From positions 1-60,108 of IMG/VR virus record IMGVR_UViG_3300045000_000060: DNA of 60,108 bases; one strand, 5' to 3'. Both the position numbers and the translations under genes were made by a program. The notes beneath the pieces are model-generated. The model did no database searches. It was not told the DNA's origin and saw only the letters and a list, made by a program, of their open reading frames with translations. Each line of letters begins with the position of its first letter. Position 1 is the stretch's first letter. Of this stretch, positions 53,509-60,108 are shown piece by piece. Origin of the DNA: a virus (Duplodnaviria; Caudoviricetes).

Positions 53509-54813
53509 TTAGCTCGCGGCCTGCTGGAGATACTTGATCGGGTGCGTGCCGGCGTCGACGAGCTGGCCGTCCCAACGCTGGAAGGCGAGGAACCCCACCT
53601 GGTTGAAGTCGGCGTAACGCTCGGTGAGGCGGAGCACCTGCACACCCGCCACGCGGCGGATGAAATAGTTGGTGAAGTCGCCGAACAGCACGCTCTTCGA
53701 CGAAGCCGCCAATGCCGCCATGTCCTGGTTGATGGCGTAGGGATAGGCGTTGATCGTATCCGGCTCCTTGACGGCGAGACCCGCCATCCACAGTGGCCGG
53801 CCCATGCCGTCCTTGAGCTTCTTGATGACCTTGAGCGTGCCGTCGGCCATCATGAAGCGCGCGGCTTTGCGATAGGCCGGGTCGACCGAATGCTCGAGTT
53901 CGACCAGGTCGTCGAAGTTGAGCGTCGTGGTCGAGCCGGTCGTGGTCGACGTGCCACCCGACACGTTGCCGGCGGTGAAGCCAAGGGTCGCGCCGGTCAC
54001 CACGCCGCCGGGCTTGCTGGCGGCGTCGCCGGTCGTGAAGTGCGTGTTGGTCGCCCGCGCGATGCGGGTGCCGAGCTTGCCGGAGAGCCAAGCGTCGAGC
54101 GGGAACGCCGAGTCCTGCAGGAGCTGGTTCGACACCAGCACGAGCTTGGACGTATAGACATAGGCGTTCATCGTGATCGCGCCGAACGTCACGTCCTGCG
54201 TTCCGGTCTGGACGTTCTCGCCGAGGATCGCGCCCGAGTTGTTGGTGTCGTTGTCGGTCGGGATCGGCAGGGCGTTTCCGCCAGCGGTATCGAACACAAA
54301 GGCCGCGTCGATCATGCCGCCATACGCCTTCTGGGCATCGATCAGGCGGGCATAGAAGCCTTCCGGCACGGTGAACCCGCCGCCGGTATCGGTGCCGACG
54401 CCAAGCGCCGCTTGAGGCCGTGCGCCGAGGCGCCAGCCGGCGGGAGCGCCGCCGGCGTCATTCGCGGGCGCCTCGAAGCAGCGCGCAAAGATGGCGCGCT
54501 GTGCCTCATTGAGCGCCGCAGGACCACGGCGCATCCAGGTCGCGAATGCGCCATCCTCCACCAGGAGGAGCTCGCGCTCCTGGTCGGGATCGGTGCCGTT
54601 GCGCTGCGCGGCGTTGCGCAGCACCTCGTTCTGCTCATTGGCCAATGTATCGGCACGCTCGATGCGGTCGATCTGCGCCTTGAGGCCGTCAGCCTCGGTC
54701 ATCATCGCATCGAATTGCGCCGTCTGCTCGGCAGTCGGTGCATCGCCAGCGATCAGCGCTCGCGCATCCTCGATCAGCTTGAAGCGCTTGGCACGCAGCT
54801 CCTTCGATTTCAT
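53509..54813 (-). CDS. HK97-fold major capsid protein
   Basis: coiled-coil delta domain; GGFTVPE, LLQDS, KLKDGMGRPLW, FGDF, RWDG. Confidence 0.95.
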   Translation of the reverse strand: MKSKELRAKRFKLIEDARALIAGDAPTAEQTAQFDAMMTEADGLKAQIDRIERADTLANEQNEVLRNAAQRNGTDPDQERELLLVEDGAFATWMRRGPAALNEAQRAIFARCFEAPANDAGGAPAGWRLGARPQAALGVGTDTGGGFTVPEGFYARLIDAQKAYGGMIDAAFVFDTAGGNALPIPTDNDTNNSGAILGENVQTGTQDVTFGAITMNAYVYTSKLVLVSNQLLQDSAFPLDAWLSGKLGTRIARATNTHFTTGDAASKPGGVVTGATLGFTAGNVSGGTSTTTGSTTTLNFDDLVELEHSVDPAYRKAARFMMADGTLKVIKKLKDGMGRPLWMAGLAVKEPDTINAYPYAINQDMAALAASSKSVLFGDFTNYFIRRVAGVQVLRLTERYADFNQVGFLAFQRWDGQLVDAGTHPIKYLQQAAS

Positions 54814-54941
54814 GTTGGGCTCCATCAGGTGGCAATGGCGCGTCTTACGACGGGCCGTGGGTAGCGCCTTGCCCAAGAGCGCGCGTCGAAGGGCGTCGGC
54901 CGGTCACGGCGAGAGCCGTGGCGCAGCCAAATTCATCAATC

Positions 54942-55262
54942 TCAGTCGCGCGGCGGCCAGCGCCAGGTGATCGCGCCGGCGCTCGGCGAATCGACGTGGT
55001 GAACGGATTGCACCGGATAGGACGGCTCGCCCGCCGGGAATATCGTCACGTCGATCTCGGTATCGCTGGTCACGCCTGTGATCATCGCGGCATGTTCGGT
55101 GCGGCCGCGGATCGAACCGGTCGTCTTCACCAACACCGCACCGGTGAGCGCCGGCTTCGCGATCGGTGCGAGCGGAAGCTCGGCCTTCGCCACGCCAGAA
55201 CCGGACGCGGGTGTGCTCGGGCGCGGCGCGGGTTGCGGCTGGTGACCGTGCCGACCCATCAC
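54942..55262 (-). CDS. hypothetical protein
   Basis: EHAAMIT.V...IDVTIF...TWRWPPR. Confidence 0.7.
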   Translation of the reverse strand: MMGRHGHQPQPAPRPSTPASGSGVAKAELPLAPIAKPALTGAVLVKTTGSIRGRTEHAAMITGVTSDTEIDVTIFPAGEPSYPVQSVHHVDSPSAGAITWRWPPRD

Positions 55263-56308
55263 GCGGTTTCCGCGGCGGCGAGGCGCAGGCGGCGCTGCTG
55301 GGCGGCGCGCAGGTCTTGGGCAGCAACAGCCTGAAGGCGCGCCGTCTCTTCCGCCGCAGCGGCCGCAATATCAGTGTCGGATTGTGCGCCAGGAACAATC
55401 GGGACATTGGTCGTGGCGGTATCATCACCGCCCTCGGCCTCGTCGTCGGGCTCCCCCGACAGCGATCCGGCCGCCTCCCCGAGCAGCACCATCGCGGCGT
55501 TGATCATGCCGAGCGCTTCTTCGGCATCGTTATCACCGTCGCCGTCCGGGTCGTAAGCCGGCAGCGCCGCCGCGATGTTCCGCGCCAACGTCTTGACGCG
55601 GCCCTCGATCTTGAGTCGGACCGCATTGCTCGCCGTCTGCGTCGGCGGCGTCACGATCGCATCGCACATTCCGGCCGCCTTGGCTTCGCTCGACGTGAAC
55701 CAGGTCTCGGCATCCATCATCGTGCTGATGTCGCCAGCCGGCTTGCCGCTCTTGGTCGCGTAGATCGAGGCCAACTGGCCGTCGATCTTTTCCATCACGG
55801 CGGCGGTCTCGAGCATGTCGTTGCGGTCGCCGATCACGATGCCCCAGGCATTGTGGATCATGAGCATCGACTGCTCCGCCATGGTCAGCGTGGTGCCCGC
55901 CATGGCGATGAAGGAAGCGGCCGATGCCGCCAGCCCATCGACCACGACATTGACCGGCGACGTTCGCGCCCGCAACGCGTTGTAGATCGCGAGCCCGTCG
56001 AAGACGTCGCCGCCCGGCGAATTGATCCGCAACGTGATCGGCCCGTCGCCGGCTTGCGCGAGCGCCAGGACAAAGTCCTTGGCCGTTACGCCCCAGAAGC
56101 CAATCTCATCGTACAAAAGTATCTCGACCGGCTTGTCGCCTTCCGCCGCCGCCATGGCGAATGTCGGATTCAGTCGCGCGGCGACATAATTGCGCAGCGT
56201 GCGGTTGGAGAACCGCGCGTCGGGCGATTTGGTGCGCCGCCAGCCTTCGGAATAGTTGTGCATCACGCGGCTGGAGAACAGCATCGAGACGGGCGTGCGT
56301 TCGTTCAT
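55259..56308 (-). CDS. ClpP-type prohead protease
   Basis: LRINSPGGDVFDG, DGLAASAAS, LMIHN, ETWF. Confidence 0.93.
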   Translation of the reverse strand: MNERTPVSMLFSSRVMHNYSEGWRRTKSPDARFSNRTLRNYVAARLNPTFAMAAAEGDKPVEILLYDEIGFWGVTAKDFVLALAQAGDGPITLRINSPGGDVFDGLAIYNALRARTSPVNVVVDGLAASAASFIAMAGTTLTMAEQSMLMIHNAWGIVIGDRNDMLETAAVMEKIDGQLASIYATKSGKPAGDISTMMDAETWFTSSEAKAAGMCDAIVTPPTQTASNAVRLKIEGRVKTLARNIAAALPAYDPDGDGDNDAEEALGMINAAMVLLGEAAGSLSGEPDDEAEGGDDTATTNVPIVPGAQSDTDIAAAAAEETARLQAVAAQDLRAAQQRRLRLAAAETA

Positions 56309-57684
56309 TTCTGCTCTCCAGCGGGAGGTGAGCCGGGCTCGGGCGTTGGCGCGATTGGATCGGCCTGCAGTGGGTCCTGCCGCGGCTGGGCACCGGGCTC
56401 GAAGACTTTGCGCAGCGGGATCATGGTCGAATTGATCAATGGCTCATCGCCGTTCGCGACCGGCGGCCGGTTCTTGTGGCGGCGCCGCTCGTTGATCAGA
56501 AGCGACCCGGTATTGATTTCGGCTTGCGCGACTTGCGCGGCCTTGAGCGGGTCCATCGCCATCAAGGCGTCGCGATCGAACTCGACGTAGAACTCCGAGC
56601 CGTAGAACAGCTTATAATTCAGCTCGGCTTCGATGCGCCCGAGATCGTTGTCGATGGTGTAAATCTGGAACGCGAGGGTCTGCTCGGAGAGGCCGGTGCC
56701 CCAGCTCGTCGACTTGTCCGTCTCATTGAGCAGATGCAGCGGCACGCCGAAGAACCGTGAGATGTCGGCGACCTGGAACCGCCGGAACTCCAGCGTGTTG
56801 AGGTCCTCCTGCGACATCTGGAACGGCGTATAGGTCGTGTCCTTGTCGCCGAAGACGACGCGGCCGGCATTGAAGCGGCCGGTGTTCTGATCGTTGAACT
56901 GCGCCTTGAACAGATCGAAACCGTCCTTAGAGATTCCGGGCGGCACGGTCGCGAGCCCCGAGGGCTTCGCCGCGTTCTCATGCACGCGGCCCGTCTGCTC
57001 TTCGAGCAGCGTTGCCAACGACACTGCGTTTCGCGCGAATGCACGTATCCGCGACACCCCCGCGACCCCGTTGAAACCGAGCCCGGGTATGTGGATGATG
57101 TCCTCTTGATCGTGCCATTCGACCCGTTGCGCCAGCCCGGCATCGGTCGAACCGAAGGACGAGTCCCACAATACGCAGCGATATATGTTCCGATTGTTGC
57201 GGCGGTAGATCTCCACATCCCACGGCATGACCGGCTCGAACCCGATGACGCGCATGGCATTGTCGTAGCGGATGACCGAGACGTGATTGCCCCACAGATC
57301 GGTATTGATCATCCAGAGTTCGCGCCAGATGAACGACGTCATGGCGCGGCCGGGAAACGGCGTCACCTGGAACATCGGCTGCAGGCGATGTGTTCCGGCT
57401 TCCTCGCGACCGTCGATCGTGCGCTTGTAGATTTTGAGCGGAAGCCCGGCCACCACGCCCGATCGTATCGCCACCGAACGATGAACAGCCGAACAGCACA
57501 TCGACGTGCGCTCGGACACATGCGGGCCGAACGGTCCCGGATGTCCGCCGCTCGCCCAATCCGTCAACCATGACGCCGGGTCGGCGAGATTGGTCGACGG
57601 GTTCTCCGGCGAGGCATTCAGAAGCCGAGGCTCGATCCGTTCCGCGACGGCCGTAGCGTCAGGCCTTCGCTGGAACGGCCACAT
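56305..57684 (-). CDS. portal protein (HK97 family)
   Basis: LPLKIY, WGN, IIHI...G.GVS.I, ISRFFGVP.HLL, INERR. Confidence 0.93.
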   Translation of the reverse strand: MWPFQRRPDATAVAERIEPRLLNASPENPSTNLADPASWLTDWASGGHPGPFGPHVSERTSMCCSAVHRSVAIRSGVVAGLPLKIYKRTIDGREEAGTHRLQPMFQVTPFPGRAMTSFIWRELWMINTDLWGNHVSVIRYDNAMRVIGFEPVMPWDVEIYRRNNRNIYRCVLWDSSFGSTDAGLAQRVEWHDQEDIIHIPGLGFNGVAGVSRIRAFARNAVSLATLLEEQTGRVHENAAKPSGLATVPPGISKDGFDLFKAQFNDQNTGRFNAGRVVFGDKDTTYTPFQMSQEDLNTLEFRRFQVADISRFFGVPLHLLNETDKSTSWGTGLSEQTLAFQIYTIDNDLGRIEAELNYKLFYGSEFYVEFDRDALMAMDPLKAAQVAQAEINTGSLLINERRRHKNRPPVANGDEPLINSTMIPLRKVFEPGAQPRQDPLQADPIAPTPEPGSPPAGEQK

Positions 57685-59500
57685 CCGGAATGCTCCAATG
57701 CTGGACGAGATCGCGCCGGTCAAAGATCGATTTCGGAACGGTCGAGTTCATCGCAGCGGCCTCGTCCATCACCGCCGCCACAATGCCGTCGATCGACAGC
57801 TCGGACTTCTTTTTCGCCGGAACGAAGTTCATGTTCTCGTCGAAGCGGATATGGCAGTGGCCCGCCATCCATCGCGCGACGGGATGGCGACCATGATCAA
57901 GCTCGCCGGCCAACACCTTGCGCTCGAATTCCTTCGACGCCGCCCCAAGGCTCTTCGTTCCGAACCGCATCTGCTCAAACAAGTCTTCCGGCAGCGGCCG
58001 CTCGTCATCATCGGCGGACGGCGTGACAAGCGCGTTGTAGAACTCCATCGCCTGCCAAGGGTCCCACACGATCTTTTTGATCTTGAACTTCGCGTTGAAC
58101 TCGCGTGCCGCCTTGACGGCCCACGCGAGAACAAACACGCCGCCCGGGATCTCGGTGATGGCGCCTTCGTCGCGCCAGCGGTCGAACGCGACGCGCTCTT
58201 CCTTGACGCGACGCTCGATCGTCTCAGAGGGGAGCCAGAAGCGCCAGATGAACTTGGTTTTTTCGTCCTTGTCCTTCGGCGCAAACCGCAGGCACATCGC
58301 GGCGAAGTCGTTGCCCTTGGTCGAATCGAAAGAGAGGATGCAGTCGCGCCCGTTGAGTTCATCCGTTTCGAGCCGACGTTTCCAAGCCGGCGATTCAGAC
58401 GCTTTCGCAACCTCGGCGCATCCATCCCAATGCTTCAGCGACAGCCATCGCGTGATGTCCTCAACCCATTGGTTGAGGTGATAGCGTCGGAACGCCGCCT
58501 CGCCGCTCGGCGTCTGCGCCTTGGCAAATTCTCCGCGCAGGAATTGCAGCGTCGGTGAAAGCCCTAGTGATGGATTCGCAAACGCCCAGGTTTTTTCTGA
58601 GCGCCAGTCGGCATCCTCACCGGCCGCAAACACGACGACGAGCGTGGTCGCATCGTTGATCCGGCCGTCGAGGATAGAAAGGCTTTCGTCGAACAACCCC
58701 TTGCCGACGTGTTGGGTCTTCAGGCCGGCCGTCGACGCGTAGAGCCGGATCGGCTGGAGCGAGGTTCCCTCGCCTTGGCGCAGCGTGTCGGCGAGATCGC
58801 GCGACTTCCATTCGTGCATCTCGTCGCCGACCGTGACGCTCGGCGCGCGCCCGTGCTTTCCTTTTGCCTTGCCCGAGATCAGCCGGAATGGAGACTTGAG
58901 CGTCTGAATCCACAGCGACTTCGCCATGACCTTGACGCCCTTCGCGAGCGTCGGGGAATAGCCGACCATGTCGGCGACCTTGTCGAAGACCTCGCGCGCT
59001 TGGTTCTCATCCGATGCGAATGCAAAGCCCTGGCCGCGGACCTCGCCCTCAATCGCCCAGAACAACAGCGCAAGCGCCGCGAGGAATTCCGACTTGCCGT
59101 TCTTGCGCGGAATCCAGAGCCGCAGTTCCTGGAACAGCCGGACAAAGATCGTGATCGGTTTTCCTGTCACCTCGTCGATGATGCTGACAGGGACCTTCCA
59201 GCCGATCAGCAGCCGGACAATGACCTCTTGCCAAAAACGAAGATTGAACGGCTTGCCGGCAAAGCGCTTGGTCGTGAGCCTGAAGACCTTGGGCCAGAGC
59301 GCGACGACCTTCTCGGCCTTCGCGCTATCGAACCATGCGCCTTCGATCCCGGCCGCGCGGTGCCAAGCAAGCCGCGCCCACGCATAGCCGTAGTCCTCAG
59401 CGGCGCGAGTAATCCATTCGGGTTCGGGATGAGTCGATGCGCCGGCGCCGCGCTGCAACGCCGACAGCGCCGCTGCGGTCTCCGGAAGATAAACATCCAT
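57659..59500 (-). CDS. terL: terminase large subunit
   Basis: IPRKNGKS, GDEMH, ASTAG, ANPSLG, YHLNQW, IDGIVA. Confidence 0.95.
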   Translation of the reverse strand: MDVYLPETAAALSALQRGAGASTHPEPEWITRAAEDYGYAWARLAWHRAAGIEGAWFDSAKAEKVVALWPKVFRLTTKRFAGKPFNLRFWQEVIVRLLIGWKVPVSIIDEVTGKPITIFVRLFQELRLWIPRKNGKSEFLAALALLFWAIEGEVRGQGFAFASDENQAREVFDKVADMVGYSPTLAKGVKVMAKSLWIQTLKSPFRLISGKAKGKHGRAPSVTVGDEMHEWKSRDLADTLRQGEGTSLQPIRLYASTAGLKTQHVGKGLFDESLSILDGRINDATTLVVVFAAGEDADWRSEKTWAFANPSLGLSPTLQFLRGEFAKAQTPSGEAAFRRYHLNQWVEDITRWLSLKHWDGCAEVAKASESPAWKRRLETDELNGRDCILSFDSTKGNDFAAMCLRFAPKDKDEKTKFIWRFWLPSETIERRVKEERVAFDRWRDEGAITEIPGGVFVLAWAVKAAREFNAKFKIKKIVWDPWQAMEFYNALVTPSADDDERPLPEDLFEQMRFGTKSLGAASKEFERKVLAGELDHGRHPVARWMAGHCHIRFDENMNFVPAKKKSELSIDGIVAAVMDEAAAMNSTVPKSIFDRRDLVQHWSIPDVAVPAKA

Positions 59501-59506
59501 GTGGCA

Positions 59507-60108
59507 TCAGTTCAATTTTCCCGGCGTCGGCGTGTCGAGCGTATTGAGCGTGCCGATCAAGCCTTCAGTTCCCTCGCCCGCATCACCTTCGTTGCTCGCC
59601 GGTTGGTTCGCCGGCCGCGGTCGATCGTGCCCGAATAAGGTCTCGGCATCGAATTGCATCGCGTGATCGCGGATGAGCTTCGAGCGGTCATGCGGCGTGA
59701 AGCCGAATTTCTCGGCGAGATCGAGCATCATCTTGGCGGCGAAGTCGCGGCGGTCGACCGACGGGTTGTCGCGCAGCATCGATCCCGGCTTGCCGCGCTC
59801 GTCCTTGGCGATCGTCGGGACCGCGAGCGAATAGCCCTTGTCGAGGATGTCCTTGTTCGCCAGCACGAACTCGGCCGCGTAGATACAGAACATCGCGAAG
59901 GTGTGTCGATCGAGCGTGGTGAGCAGGTGCAGCTTGTCGAGCCGCGGCGCATATTCGCGCCAGATCATCGTGGCCGGGGCGAGTCGTTGATCGTTCAGAA
60001 AGATCGGAAGTGCCTGGAGATCGTCGCCGTCGCCCGCCGCGGCGAACAACTTGGCATCGCGCTCGGCCGCCGCGGCCATCGCCACCCGCTCGCGATCGGG
60101 CTTGGATT
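59507..60108 (-). CDS. terS: terminase small subunit (P27 family), 5' end outside window
   Basis: IWREYAP.L...LDRHTFAMFC...NPSV...KFGFTPHDRSK; frame open to the window edge. Confidence 0.88.
   Translation of the reverse strand, partial: SKPDRERVAMAAAAERDAKLFAAAGDGDDLQALPIFLNDQRLAPATMIWREYAPRLDKLHLLTTLDRHTFAMFCIYAAEFVLANKDILDKGYSLAVPTIAKDERGKPGSMLRDNPSVDRRDFAAKMMLDLAEKFGFTPHDRSKLIRDHAMQFDAETLFGHDRPRPANQPASNEGDAGEGTEGLIGTLNTLDTPTPGKLN

Noticed and set aside
1-60108. CRISPR array, DGR/retron reverse transcriptase, IS element or invertase cassette
   Set aside because: No repeat-spacer array, RT motifs, transposase or serine invertase seen by eye.

Overview
This window is almost the whole genome of a GC-rich, HK97-fold, long-tailed temperate phage. 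Its likely host is an alphaproteobacterium (Hyphomicrobiales/Bradyrhizobium-like, inferred from the gene families). It appears to be in the excised form: attP is intact inside the window (3' 51 nt of tRNA-Pro(CGG) at 16105-16155), and the window opens at the HNH/terS junction. Layout: (1) leftward early operon, 10227 to 683 (cro, CII-like gene, GapR, AAA ATPase, MT-A70 methylase, Gp37Gp68, replication initiator, NusG-like antiterminator). (2) Immunity region with four 19-bp operators. (3) Rightward operon, 11193-27070 (ParB, HNH, xis/int, attP, two C5 methylases, about 30 small ORFs). (4) Leftward late operon (HNH, terS, terL, portal, ClpP, capsid, head accessories, tail, lysis). Most interesting observations: two paralogous C5 methylase genes, each with a nested ~330-codon +1-frame ORF carrying motif IX and tandem WxTP modules; a block of signal-peptide-bearing, Cys-paired head-spike/fibre genes inside the virion operon; a ~225-nt tRNA-shaped structured RNA candidate; and an MmgR/SuhB-like sRNA. 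All family calls come from motif recognition by eye; no searches were run.
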